Positions 17,308 to 26,120 are shown, counted from the first letter of the stretch. The stretch is DNA of 32,000 nucleotides from Candidatus Saccharimonadota bacterium (GCA_039920285.1 JBDSDX010000001.1:210001-242000), one strand, 5' to 3'. Numbers and translations: made by a program. The notes: a model not told the origin generated them from the letters alone.

Positions 17308-18792
17308 CTAGGCCTTCGCATCGGGTACCGCCTCTACTTCTACCGGCTTTGCCGTTGAGAATTCTTTCAGAAGTTCTTTTTCAATGTGGTCAAGGTCTTC
17401 TTCTTTCTTTACTTTGGAAGCTGCTTTTTTGGCACCTTCTTTCATCTTCTCGACATCAAGCGTCGCATCACCAGCACCAAGTAGAACTGTTTCAAGCATT
17501 AACTGTTGTTCGGTGAGGTTGTGTCGCTCAGTCGCAGATTGTTGCAAGACGGCGTAGATTTGTTGACCAAGGGTGAGATCTGTTTGCGCATCTTTTGAGA
17601 GGCTTGAACCAAAGTGGGAGAACTCTTCAGCTTGTTTGTAGCGAGCGAGGGTTTTAAAGAGCGTACTTGAGAGTCGCTTCTGACGCACAGTTTGGGCGTT
17701 ACCACCGACACGGGACACTGACAGACCGGCATTGACGGCAGGGCGTATGCCTGAACGGAAGACACTCAGGTCGAGGATAATCTGACCGTCGGTAATAGAC
17801 ATAATACTCGTTGAGAGATAGGCGGTGATGTCGTTGTTCGGCGTCAAGACGATTGGGAGAGAGGTGAGAGTTTTTCCATTTTTTGAAAGCTTCCCTGCTC
17901 GTTCCAAAAGGCTTGAGTGAGCATAAAACATATCACCTGGATATGAATCACGTCCCGGGTCAACTTCTTGTAGAAGTGAGAGTTGGCGGTAGGCTTCAGC
18001 GTGGCTTGAAAGGTCATCGTAGATAATAATGACGTCTCTGCCGCCGTACCAGAGAAATTCGGCCATGGCACACCCAGCGTATGGCGCTAAATATGATTGT
18101 GTCAAAGAGTCAAAGATGTCAGCTAGTACGACAATAGTATGGTCCATTGCACCTGATTCACGGAGACCGGCCAAAAGGTTTTCAATGTCTACTTTACGTT
18201 TTCCAACCAAGACATACACCACGATACGATCGGTGCCTTCTTGGTTGGCGCTGAGCTGGCTGAGAACGGTACTCTTACCAGATTTGCTATCACCAAGAAA
18301 GGCGATACGTTGGCCAAGGACGACAGGGAAGAACATATCGATAGCAGTGACACCGGTCGGGAGATACTCATTGAGGGCGCTACGGTCCATGATGCCTGGT
18401 GCACTGTTAAAGATACCAGACGTCTCAGTTGTTTTTAATGGTCCTTTGCCGTCGAGCGGGGTGCCCATTGGGTCGACCACACGACCAACGAGTTGTTTAC
18501 CGACAGGAATAGTTAATAGCTGCTCTTGTTGCACGGCGAGGGTTCCGATTCCCATCTGCTCTGAATCGAGGTTGAATAAAATAACCTTATCACCGTATGC
18601 TTCACGAACGAGGCCTCTTTGGCCATCTTCGAACAATACTTTTGCACCAAGCCGAATGCCTTCAAGACCACGAACTTCAACCAAGAAACTATTTACCGCG
18701 ACGACTTCACCAGTAAGGTTATCGGCTTCAACTAGTTTTTGAAATTGACGATTATCAAACACGACGCAGGACTCCAGGGAAGTTGGCGGCAT
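17308..18792 (-). CDS. atpA: F1 ATP synthase alpha subunit
   Basis: Motifs are GQRIAFLGDSKSGKST (Walker A variant), YLAPYAGCAMAEF, IIIYDDLSSHAEAYRQLSLL, PGDMFYAHSSLLERAG, SITDGQIILD and GIRPAVNAGLSVSRVGG. The start is uncertain. The ATG at 18792 overlaps atpH by 38 nt, whereas the GTG at 18762 is preceded by GGAG with a 9-nt spacer. Confidence 0.93.
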   Translation of the reverse strand: MPPTSLESCVVFDNRQFQKLVEADNLTGEVVAVNSFLVEVRGLEGIRLGAKVLFEDGQRGLVREAYGDKVILFNLDSEQMGIGTLAVQQEQLLTIPVGKQLVGRVVDPMGTPLDGKGPLKTTETSGIFNSAPGIMDRSALNEYLPTGVTAIDMFFPVVLGQRIAFLGDSKSGKSTVLSQLSANQEGTDRIVVYVLVGKRKVDIENLLAGLRESGAMDHTIVVLADIFDSLTQSYLAPYAGCAMAEFLWYGGRDVIIIYDDLSSHAEAYRQLSLLQEVDPGRDSYPGDMFYAHSSLLERAGKLSKNGKTLTSLPIVLTPNNDITAYLSTSIMSITDGQIILDLSVFRSGIRPAVNAGLSVSRVGGNAQTVRQKRLSSTLFKTLARYKQAEEFSHFGSSLSKDAQTDLTLGQQIYAVLQQSATERHNLTEQQLMLETVLLGAGDATLDVEKMKEGAKKAASKVKKEEDLDHIEKELLKEFSTAKPVEVEAVPDAKA

Positions 18793-19273
18793 GTGCCATC
18801 AGCTCACGTTTAAATGACCAGTCAAAGACGCGACTGCCATGGCGGATCACTAACCCTCCCAGTAGCGTTGAGTTGAATTGAAACGAAACGAAAATTTGTG
18901 GTGAGATGTTCTTACGACACCAAGCGACAAGTGTCGTTTTGAGGCTTGAGGTTACTGGCGCGGCTAAGGTAATTGTGACGGTATCAGTATTTTTTGAAAA
19001 TGTTTCGAGCGTGACGATGAGTGCACTGAAGCTCCTCGTCGAGAGAGGGGATATTGTATCCCAGTCACTAATAATCTGACGCGCACTGGGTGAAAGTGAT
19101 GGTGCTGGAGTGCCCTTTTTGCTACTGACACGTTTCAATATTGAGTCGTGGGCATACCATTTGGCATAGTCTTTCACTTCCAGTGTAACCTGCATAAGAT
19201 CCTGAGTAGAAGCAATCATGTCGGGGAGTGATAGTTCTCTAGTTTTCATCACTGACACCTTTTTTGAAATCAT
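18755..19273 (-). CDS. atpH: F1 ATP synthase delta (OSCP) subunit; start uncertain
   Basis: It lies between b and alpha. The C-terminal signature is NSTLLGGLVIRHGSRVFDWSFKRELMA, compared with the canonical GGxxxxxGxxxxDxSxxxxL. Alternative ATG starts are at 19249 and 19219. Confidence 0.75.
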   Translation of the reverse strand: MISKKVSVMKTRELSLPDMIASTQDLMQVTLEVKDYAKWYAHDSILKRVSSKKGTPAPSLSPSARQIISDWDTISPLSTRSFSALIVTLETFSKNTDTVTITLAAPVTSSLKTTLVAWCRKNISPQIFVSFQFNSTLLGGLVIRHGSRVFDWSFKRELMAHAANFPGVLRRV

Positions 19274-19841
19274 CTTTGTGATCTTCGAGCATCCTTGTCA
19301 GGTAGGCACTTTGAGCACCGAGGTCAACATCATGTTGGAGCGTTTCGATTAAGAAAGAAATCACAGCGTCGGAAAGCTTGGTGTCGATCTGGGCGATTAA
19401 GCGTTCTTTTTCGCTTGCCATTTCAGCATTTAGTTTTGCTTTTACTTCTTCACGGTAGGCTTCAATATCCTTGCGCCCGCCATTGATGGCATCGTCAGCT
19501 TGAACATGCATATCACGGAGCGCATTTTTATACTGTTCAAGTTCATCGTTGACAATTTTGCCACCAATTTTATGCAACTGATCAGTCAGTGTACCAGCAG
19601 TTTCACCAAGATCTTTTTGTAGTTCAAGTGCAGCCTGGTCGAGCATCGTTTGATATTTCTTTTGTGCATCAGCCAAGAGTTGGTCACGGACTGCAGCGGG
19701 GAGATGGGCGCTATGATCGACAACTGCCTTCTTGTCTTCTTTGTGCGGCCGGAAATGTGCATAGGCGTGCTGAAGGGCGAGAGTGATCAAGCCACCAATG
19801 ATGACTGCGTTGACGAGAAGAAATATTTGTATAAATGTCAT
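19239..19841 (-). CDS. atpF: Fo ATP synthase b-like subunit (single N-terminal TM plus a long charged helix)
   Basis: The N-terminus is MTFIQIFLLVNAVIIGGLITLALQHAYA, followed by about 170 aa of K/E/D/A/Q-rich helix. It sits directly upstream of atpH. Its ATG overlaps the upstream TGA (ATGA at 19838-19841). Confidence 0.7.
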   Translation of the reverse strand: MTFIQIFLLVNAVIIGGLITLALQHAYAHFRPHKEDKKAVVDHSAHLPAAVRDQLLADAQKKYQTMLDQAALELQKDLGETAGTLTDQLHKIGGKIVNDELEQYKNALRDMHVQADDAINGGRKDIEAYREEVKAKLNAEMASEKERLIAQIDTKLSDAVISFLIETLQHDVDLGAQSAYLTRMLEDHKDDFKKGVSDEN

Positions 19842-20683
19842 AGTTTTGTCAGCACCAAATAAATAGCAATAAAGCTCGCACCAAGAATACCAATGACGAG
19901 TCCAGACATTTGAATCACGTTACGATATACCGCGCTTTGAGAGAGTGGGTTACGACCGACAGAAATAATGCCGTTACGGATCATTGAATAGACGATGATC
20001 ATAACGGTGATTAGAGTAACAACAAAGATACCAGCACTGATCAAGATCGGGAGTGGGTTAACGTTGCGACCGGCAAACGCATTGGCAATGTTTTGGATTG
20101 ATGAAGGTATGAGAGTTTTCTCTGGTTGCTTGAAATATGATGAGACGTTGACGAGGACGGCTATTTCGCCCACCATAACTTGTTGGTCTTTGCCGGTGTC
20201 ATCTTTGATGGTTTGATTGGCGCCACCTTCAAACGAACCTTGGGCAACACCAATAATTCGCGCGTTATCAGTCGCTTTCATGCCAACACCAGTAATAGGC
20301 GAGGCGGTGATATAGTCTCCTCGTTCGACTATACCGTTAATATCAGAGACGAGCACGCGCAGGGTTCCACTCGTTGCGACTTGCACCTGGTTTGCAAGAT
20401 TATTGGTGAGTGATAGTGATGAACTGTTTGCACCAACGACAATGCCAAGCAGGTTGGCAGCATTTGTGTGGTTGGCAGCAACGACTTCATCTGACGAATT
20501 CTCTTTTAGACTGACAATTGAGTCTATTGCCAACGGCTCGGTACTTGAATAGCTTTGTGAAATCAGCGAAGCTGCACCAGCGTAGGGTGCAACGACGAAA
20601 GCGAAGAGGACACTTAATAGTGACGAGACAACCACGAGTCGTCGACCGGATGCAGAAAGGGTCGCAGATAAAGTACTTTTCAT
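19838..20683 (-). CDS. 281-aa secreted/membrane protein of unknown function heading the atp operon (signal peptide, beta-rich ectodomain, C-terminal 2-TM hairpin)
   Basis: The signal peptide is ...LFAFVVAPYAGAASL. The ectodomain contains GDYITASPITGVGMKATDNARIIGVAQGSFEG. The hairpin is LPILISAGIFVVTLITVMIIVYSMI - RNGIISVGRNPLSQSAVYRN - VIQMSGLVIGILGASFIAIYLVL. It overlaps atpF by 4 nt. Confidence 0.8.
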   Translation of the reverse strand: MKSTLSATLSASGRRLVVVSSLLSVLFAFVVAPYAGAASLISQSYSSTEPLAIDSIVSLKENSSDEVVAANHTNAANLLGIVVGANSSSLSLTNNLANQVQVATSGTLRVLVSDINGIVERGDYITASPITGVGMKATDNARIIGVAQGSFEGGANQTIKDDTGKDQQVMVGEIAVLVNVSSYFKQPEKTLIPSSIQNIANAFAGRNVNPLPILISAGIFVVTLITVMIIVYSMIRNGIISVGRNPLSQSAVYRNVIQMSGLVIGILGASFIAIYLVLTKL

Positions 20684-20832
20684 GTCGGTGTTATATATGT
20701 ATTCCTCTAATGCTTTTAGTATACCAAAGAGGCTTCGATTCCGGTTGAGAAAGTGATACTATATATTGTGAAGTAAATCATCACTCAATGGTGATGCATC
20801 GTCTACATATCAATATTATTCAGGAAAAAATA

Positions 20833-22524
20833 ATGCACCATCACTTGAGTACTCGAAGTAAGCTTATTATTATGCTCTCAGTGATGGCCAGTTTGTTCTT
20901 GGTCGCTCTCGACCAGACTATTATTGCGACTGCTCTTGGCAAGATTGTTGAAGAATTTAACTCTTTTGATTCACTAAGCTGGATCGTTACCGCCTACCTA
21001 ATTACGACGACTATCACTGTGCCAATCGCGGGGAAATTTTCTGACCTTTTTGGACGACGCAAAATGCTATTAATCGGTGTGGGCATCTTCGCGGCCGGTT
21101 CGTTAATGGGTGGTATGAGTCATAACGTCCTCGAACTTATTTTGTGGCGAGCATTCCAAGGTATTGGCGGTGGTATTATTACTGCTAACGCATTTACTAT
21201 TGTTGGAGACTTGTTTGCCGCTCGCGAACGGGGCCGTTGGCAGGGACTGATTGGTGCAGTCTTCGGATTGAGTTCTATCGTTGGCCCACTTCTTGGCGGC
21301 TGGCTGACTGACGGTCAGATGATAGGAGGCCTTCTCACTAACTGGCGTTGGACCTTATTCCTAAATGTTCCAATTGCAATTCTTGCCTTTGCGCTTATTG
21401 CCATCTTCTGTCCGCCACTCCGTCACGACGACCGTAAACCCAAAATTGACTACGCAGGTGCTGGCCTCCTCGCAGTATTCCTTGGGGTTCTCATTTTGGC
21501 AGTTGATAACACGGGCACTATCTTTAAGGGACTGCTTGATACGACAGGGTTGTCACTCGTCGGTCTGCGCGTGATTATGTACAGTATTGTCGTTGCGGCT
21601 GGTATTTCATTGATCTTAGTAGAACGAAAGGTGAAAGAGCCAATCTTGCCACTCGAATTCTTTAAGAATAAGAACTTCGTCCTACTTGTCTCTATAGCGG
21701 CACTCTTTGGAGCTTCATTTATGGGTTCTATCCTGTATCTGACACAGTTTAATCAACAAGTTTTTGGGGCCACACCAACTGAATCTGGCTTGATGCTATT
21801 ACCAATGGTGGGTGGATTGATGTTGACGAGTATTGCCTCTGGTCAAATCATTTCACGCATTGGTCGATACAAGATCTTCATGCAAGTCGGATTTATATTG
21901 GCAACAATGTGTATGATTGCACTCACGACACTAAACCCTCAATCTGGCTATACCTATGAAGCTATCATTATGATCTTCTTGGGAATGGGAATGGGTGTCG
22001 CGATGCCAACATTGAACCTAGCGGTCCAGAACGAGTTTGAACAGCGTAAACTCGGTGTTGCGACAAGCTCAAACCAACTCTTTAGAAGTCTTGGCTCGAC
22101 TCTTGGTACGGCTGTATTTGGCGCGCTACTCACCGCAGGTATCATTGCAAACATTGCTCCCATCCAAGCGACACCGTACGTTCAAACATTGAGTAGAAGC
22201 TCTGAAGTTTCAAGGTTGGGTGATATTAATGACCCGAATACGTTGTTGACGATTAATATGCCGGCAGTCCAAAAAGAAATTACTGCTGGGGCAGAGAAAG
22301 GCTTCGCGACGCTTCCAGCACCTATTGCAGATGCTGCTACGACGAAGTTCCTCGATAACCAAAAGAACTTCTCAAGTCTTGTCACTCAAACCTTCTCCGA
22401 TAGTCTCTCGCGCATCTTCGTTGTCGCTAGTATCTTAATGGCGGTTGCGACGGTCCTTGTGTTCCTCCTCACAGAGCGTCCTCTTAAGTCTGCTAAACCA
22501 ACTGACACTCCTGGTGAAGCGTAG
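20833..22524 (+). CDS. MFS transporter, DHA2 (14-TMS EmrB/QacA-like) drug:H+ antiporter family
   Basis: Motifs include LDQTIIATALGKIVEEFNSFDSLSWIVTAYLITTTITVPIAGKFSDLFGRRKMLLIG. There are many TM segments and a hydrophilic insert near the C-terminus. The ORF begins at 20788, but the ATG at 20833 has AGGA 7 nt upstream, so the start is ambiguous. Confidence 0.85.
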   Translation: MHHHLSTRSKLIIMLSVMASLFLVALDQTIIATALGKIVEEFNSFDSLSWIVTAYLITTTITVPIAGKFSDLFGRRKMLLIGVGIFAAGSLMGGMSHNVLELILWRAFQGIGGGIITANAFTIVGDLFAARERGRWQGLIGAVFGLSSIVGPLLGGWLTDGQMIGGLLTNWRWTLFLNVPIAILAFALIAIFCPPLRHDDRKPKIDYAGAGLLAVFLGVLILAVDNTGTIFKGLLDTTGLSLVGLRVIMYSIVVAAGISLILVERKVKEPILPLEFFKNKNFVLLVSIAALFGASFMGSILYLTQFNQQVFGATPTESGLMLLPMVGGLMLTSIASGQIISRIGRYKIFMQVGFILATMCMIALTTLNPQSGYTYEAIIMIFLGMGMGVAMPTLNLAVQNEFEQRKLGVATSSNQLFRSLGSTLGTAVFGALLTAGIIANIAPIQATPYVQTLSRSSEVSRLGDINDPNTLLTINMPAVQKEITAGAEKGFATLPAPIADAATTKFLDNQKNFSSLVTQTFSDSLSRIFVVASILMAVATVLVFLLTERPLKSAKPTDTPGEA

Positions 22525-22560
22525 TAATATTTACATTTTTAACACATTATACAATAAAAT

Positions 22561-22587
22561 GCTTGTGCTACTTGGTGCAAGCGTTTT
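22561..22587 (+). terminator. Possible intrinsic terminator after the MFS gene
   Basis: The hairpin is gcttgtgc-tacttg-gtgcaagc (8 bp including 2 G-U pairs), followed by gtttt. The U-tract is short. Confidence 0.4.
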
Positions 22588-22623
22588 AAGATAGAACCAG
22601 TAGCGCTTTGAGTAGGCGCATTC

Positions 22624-22652
22624 TTGACTGTTTGGTTGTCGCTTGATACTAT
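22624..22652 (+). promoter_or_regulatory. Sigma70-like promoter TTGACT-17-TACTAT in an otherwise empty 375-bp spacer
   Basis: The -35 box TTGACT is at 22624-22629, the spacer is 17 nt, and the -10 box TACTAT is at 22647-22652. Confidence 0.5.
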
Positions 22653-22735
22653 GGATCATGCGTCTCTCGTCAAAACTATAATGTAAAGGTCGGAGTACGA
22701 GAGGCAGTACGTAGTACAAGGAGTGTATCAATCAC

Positions 22736-22828
22736 ATGCCTATAGCAATCGAATTTGTGCCATCACGGCGCAAAAAGATCGCAGTGGATGTGGTGCCCGC
22801 CGATTGGCGAATATTTATTGCACACTAG
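22736..22828 (+). CDS. Candidate 30-aa small ORF (MPIAIEFVPSRRKKIAVDVVPADWRIFIAH)
   Basis: An ATG at 22736 is preceded by AAGGAG (22718-22723, 12-nt spacer). The ORF lies between the promoter at 22624-22652 and the terminator at 22855-22889. No family was recognised. Confidence 0.25.
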   Translation: MPIAIEFVPSRRKKIAVDVVPADWRIFIAH

Positions 22829-22854
22829 GAGTCGTCTGACTCATCACAAAAAGA

Positions 22855-22889
22855 AAACACCCCAAGGCACCGGGGTGTTTTCGCTTTTT
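22855..22889. terminator. Bidirectional intrinsic terminator
   Basis: The stem is aaacacccc (22855-22863) paired with ggggtgttt (22872-22880), with an 8-nt loop. It is flanked by ttttcgcttttt on the plus strand and a T-rich run (ttttctttttgtg) on the minus strand. It lies 20 nt past the DsbA-like stop. Confidence 0.7.
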
Positions 22890-22899
22890 AATATACTTT

Positions 22900-23595
22900 T
22901 TAATTGGTACTGAGTGCGGTATCGATCAATGCCTTAAGCTTCGCACTATTTCCTTGCACGATAGCTCCTGAAACGTCTGCGTCAACCTTTTTACCGTTAA
23001 GGAAGAAGGTAGGTGTCGCATCGACTGAATCCTTCTTAGCGAGTGCTTGGTCGAATGAAATTTTCTGGTTGACCGCGCTAGCTGCAAGATCCTTTAAGAA
23101 TTGATCTTTGTTTGCGCCAAGGGCAACAGCATATTCAACGAATTTGTCGGTACGAGCAGCACCAGTGAGGGTGTTCCATTCGTCCTGGCTTTCATAGACT
23201 AGGTTGTGCATCTCCCAATACTTACCTTGAAGACCAGCGGCTTCAGCAGCAGCAGAGGCAACACGGGCATTCGGGTGAATAGTCGTCAATGGGAAATTAC
23301 GGAAGATGAAGAGAATCTTATCTTTGTATTCTTCAGTCAGGGCTTTAATCTGGGGGTGTGCACCACCACAGCTTGGGCACTGAAAGTCCCCGTATTCTAT
23401 CAATACAACTTTACTATCTGTTTTGCCAAATGTATGGTCGGCGATCTGACCATTTTGTTTGCTGGCAACTGCAACACTATTAGTACCGACGCCGGTTACA
23501 TTAATAGGTGGACTTGAAATACGTGACCAAACAATAAGGCCTCCGAATAACAAGACAATAACTGAGCCAAAAATAATCCACGCTGTTTTACTCAC
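22900..23595 (-). CDS. Membrane-anchored DsbA-family thiol:disulfide oxidoreductase (thioredoxin fold)
   Basis: The GTG start at 23595 has GGAGG 10 nt upstream. The N-terminal TM is AWIIFGSVIVLLFGGLIVW and the active site is FQCPSCG. Confidence 0.85.
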   Translation of the reverse strand: MSKTAWIIFGSVIVLLFGGLIVWSRISSPPINVTGVGTNSVAVASKQNGQIADHTFGKTDSKVVLIEYGDFQCPSCGGAHPQIKALTEEYKDKILFIFRNFPLTTIHPNARVASAAAEAAGLQGKYWEMHNLVYESQDEWNTLTGAARTDKFVEYAVALGANKDQFLKDLAASAVNQKISFDQALAKKDSVDATPTFFLNGKKVDADVSGAIVQGNSAKLKALIDTALSTN

Positions 23596-23682
23596 TAGTT
23601 CTTAACCTCCAATTTACTATACTCATTGTAGCAGAAAATCATTGTCGCTCTTGATGGTAACTAAGGTACAATATGGGTAAGC

Positions 23683-24702
23683 ATGTTTACTTTCTTAGCA
23701 ATTATTACGACGATCACGTTCTTCCTACTAATTCTTGTTGCTAGTATGCAACCATTGCCAAATGTCGTCAGTATTTCAGAGCTTACCCGACGGGCTAAGA
23801 GGGGTACGAAAGAAGCAAAGACGACACTTCGCCGCGAACAATATCTTCCCGATGTAGTAGCACTTCTTCGAGTTAAAATTGCCATCCTTCTTGTCGTCTT
23901 TGTCCTATTGTCGGTTGTTACTTTCGGCTGGTTAGTTGGAACGATCGTTGCCATCGTGATTGCTTTTGAGTACGGAGCGATAGCACGCATTAGTGTGTGG
24001 CATCGCTTGAGCCAGAATCTCTACACACGACTGGAACCCCACGTCATTGCAATAGCAGAACGATACCCAATCCTTTTTTCATTTATCCGCAGTCTTCCAT
24101 CGTATAGCAGTAAAGCTGATCACCGGATTGATTCTCGTGAAGAACTCCAGCAACTCATTGACGATGCAGGCGATGTTATTAGTGACAATGAACGGACACT
24201 CATTGTTCATGCTTTAGGATTTAATCAACAGCGTGTCGACAGTGTTATGACGCCAAAAAGTGTCATTGATAGTATCAAGAAGACCGAGTTTCTTGGTCCG
24301 CTCGTTCTGAGCGAACTACACGATCTTGGACACAGTCGGTTACCAGTTATTGGCAGTGATATTCATCATGTTGTCGGTGTTCTTCATTTAAAGAACCTTT
24401 TATCACTTGATATAAAGAATTCTGTCACTGCTGAAAAGGCAATGGAAGCAAAAGTCTTTTATATCCACCAAGAAGAATCGCTCGAGCATGCGTTAGCTGC
24501 ATTTTTGAAGACACATCACCATCTTTTTATCGTTATTAACGATGATCGTGAGACAGTCGGACTTTTGACACTCGAAGATGTCATGGAAGCACTTTTGGGT
24601 CGTAAGATTCTGGACGAAGATGACAATCACGAAGACTTGCGCGCCATTGCCACTCGCATCGCACTGGACAACAATTCCCCTGAAAACCACACCGACGTCT
24701 AG
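23683..24702 (+). CDS. CNNM/DUF21 plus CBS-pair membrane protein (HlyC/CorC-type putative divalent-cation transporter)
   Basis: The N-terminus has TM helices. The CBS pair reads VDSVMTPKSVIDSIKKTEFLG...LHDLGHSRLPVIGSDIHHVVGVLHLKNLL ... HHHLFIVINDDRETVGLLTLEDVMEALLG. Confidence 0.8.
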   Translation: MFTFLAIITTITFFLLILVASMQPLPNVVSISELTRRAKRGTKEAKTTLRREQYLPDVVALLRVKIAILLVVFVLLSVVTFGWLVGTIVAIVIAFEYGAIARISVWHRLSQNLYTRLEPHVIAIAERYPILFSFIRSLPSYSSKADHRIDSREELQQLIDDAGDVISDNERTLIVHALGFNQQRVDSVMTPKSVIDSIKKTEFLGPLVLSELHDLGHSRLPVIGSDIHHVVGVLHLKNLLSLDIKNSVTAEKAMEAKVFYIHQEESLEHALAAFLKTHHHLFIVINDDRETVGLLTLEDVMEALLGRKILDEDDNHEDLRAIATRIALDNNSPENHTDV

Positions 24703-24719
24703 CCCCTGATCTAAAGAGG

Positions 24720-24728
24720 TGGTAGAAT
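24720..24728 (+). promoter_or_regulatory. Extended -10 TGGTAGAAT 9 nt upstream of the aspS ATG
   Basis: The sequence is aggTGGTAGAATaccctaagtATG (ATG at 24738). No SD is present. Confidence 0.4.
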
Positions 24729-24737
24729 ACCCTAAGT

Positions 24738-26051
24738 ATGACACGAACATTGATGAATGAATTAGCAGCCAAAGCGGGTGAAACCGTCACCATTCAAGGC
24801 TGGTTGCACAAAAAGCGATTACTTGGTGGACTTAACTTTATTACACTTCGGGACCGTTCCGGAATTGCACAAAGTTTGATCGACAATAAAGACGAAGTCG
24901 AAAAACTACGCGGTCTCCAAACCGGGACTGTCTTGGCGTTAACTGGTGTTTCAACTGCCGACGAACGTGCACCGGGTGGAGCTGAGCTACATGATGTCAC
25001 AGTTGAAGTGCTTGTACCGGTTATTTACGAATCGCCAATCGAAATCGACAAGCCACTTGATCACAAGTCTGATAATCTCGATACTTTGTTTGAAAACCGT
25101 GTTATTGGTCTTCGCAACCTCAGAGAAACAAATATTTTCCGCATACAGGCAGGGGTTAAAGAAGCCGCTCGACAATATCTTCATGGGTTAGATTTTACTG
25201 AATTCAACTCGCCAAAACTTTTACCTGGTGCAAGTGAAGGTGGCGCAGAAGTCTTTACTCTCGATTATTTCGGGAAAGAGGCAACTTTGGCTCAAAGCGG
25301 TCAATTCTATAAGCAGATAATGGTTGGTGTCTTTGAACGTGGCTATGAGATGGGCTCAACCTACCGTGCTGAACCTTCGGCAACAACGCGTCACATGACC
25401 GAGTACATCACAATCGATGCAGAAATGGGCTTCATTGACTTCCAAGAACTCCTTTCAGTTACTGGAGGGCTGTTGAAGGCTGTGAGTACTGATGTTTGGG
25501 CGAAGTATGAATCACAATTGAAACAATGGAATGCACAGCCGATAGTATTACCTGAATCAATTCCGCAACTTCCTCTCGAAAAAATTCATGATCTTTATAG
25601 TGAAGCAACGGGTGAAAATAGTCGTGGCGAAAAAGATATGCGTCCCGACGAAGAAAAATGGATTACTGAATATGCCAAGAAAAACCTTGGCAGTGAGGCC
25701 GTCTTTGTTACTGAATGGCCAGCCAGCGAAATGAAATTCTATCACCGCAAGTCGACTGAAAATCCTGAGCTTGCTGAACGTGCTGACCTCATTTTCCGTG
25801 GTGTTGAAATTGCAACTATTAGTATGCGCGAAAACCGCTATGATGTTTTGGTTGAACAGCTTAAGACAATTGCCGGTGGTGATCCTGAAGCTGATGGTTT
25901 CAAATACTATCTGCAGGCCTTCCAATACGGGCTCCCTGTTCATGGTGGCTTTGGTATGGGCCTCGAACGTCTCACTCAAAAGATCATTGGCCTCAATAAT
26001 ATCAAAGAAGCCAGTCTCTTCCCGCGTGATATCAACCGCCTGACACCATAG
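24738..26051 (+). CDS. aspS: Aspartyl-tRNA synthetase, archaeal/eukaryal-type (437 aa, class IIb)
   Basis: The protein has an OB-fold N-terminus (VTIQGWLHKKRLLGGLNFITLRDRSGIAQ). Motifs include GAEVFTLDYFGKEATLAQSGQFYKQ, YRAEPSATTRHMTEY, FRGVEIATISMRENRYDVLVEQL, GLPVHGGFGMGLERL and the terminal LFPRDINRLTP. Its length and lack of the bacterial insertion domain indicate the archaeal type. Confidence 0.9.
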   Translation: MTRTLMNELAAKAGETVTIQGWLHKKRLLGGLNFITLRDRSGIAQSLIDNKDEVEKLRGLQTGTVLALTGVSTADERAPGGAELHDVTVEVLVPVIYESPIEIDKPLDHKSDNLDTLFENRVIGLRNLRETNIFRIQAGVKEAARQYLHGLDFTEFNSPKLLPGASEGGAEVFTLDYFGKEATLAQSGQFYKQIMVGVFERGYEMGSTYRAEPSATTRHMTEYITIDAEMGFIDFQELLSVTGGLLKAVSTDVWAKYESQLKQWNAQPIVLPESIPQLPLEKIHDLYSEATGENSRGEKDMRPDEEKWITEYAKKNLGSEAVFVTEWPASEMKFYHRKSTENPELAERADLIFRGVEIATISMRENRYDVLVEQLKTIAGGDPEADGFKYYLQAFQYGLPVHGGFGMGLERLTQKIIGLNNIKEASLFPRDINRLTP

Positions 26052-26107
26052 GTACGACGGGTCGATTAACCAAAAAGCAAAAAAGCAGCTATCTGATGAC
26101 GAAGCGC

Positions 26108-26113
26108 TATAAT
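26108..26113 (+). promoter_or_regulatory. TATAAT box 7 nt upstream of the TM2-protein ATG
   Basis: The sequence is gcgcTATAATaaagcttATG (ATG at 26121). No SD is present. Confidence 0.4.
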
Positions 26114-26120
26114 AAAGCTT

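Noticed and set aside
18029-18742. 237-aa (+) ORF antisense to atpA, and similar antisense ORFs in atpD/atpG
   Set aside because: They fall within strongly supported ATP synthase genes. The products are S/P/R-rich with no recognisable features, which is typical of shadow ORFs.
19838-20683. The 281-aa protein as a genuine Fo a or c subunit
   Set aside because: It has only two TM helices and a large ectodomain, so it is not an a subunit. The second helix has no conserved Asp/Glu, and helix 1 has no GxGxGxG packing motif, so it is not a functional c subunit. It is kept only as a c-like resemblance.
22531-22731. 66-aa (-) ORF in the MFS/DsbA-like spacer
   Set aside because: It has no SD or promoter, its composition is odd, and it runs antisense through a good plus-strand promoter and hairpin.
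23661-23990. 109-aa (-) ORF overlapping the start of the CNNM/CBS gene
   Set aside because: It is antisense to a well-supported membrane protein gene, and its R/T-rich product has no recognisable features.
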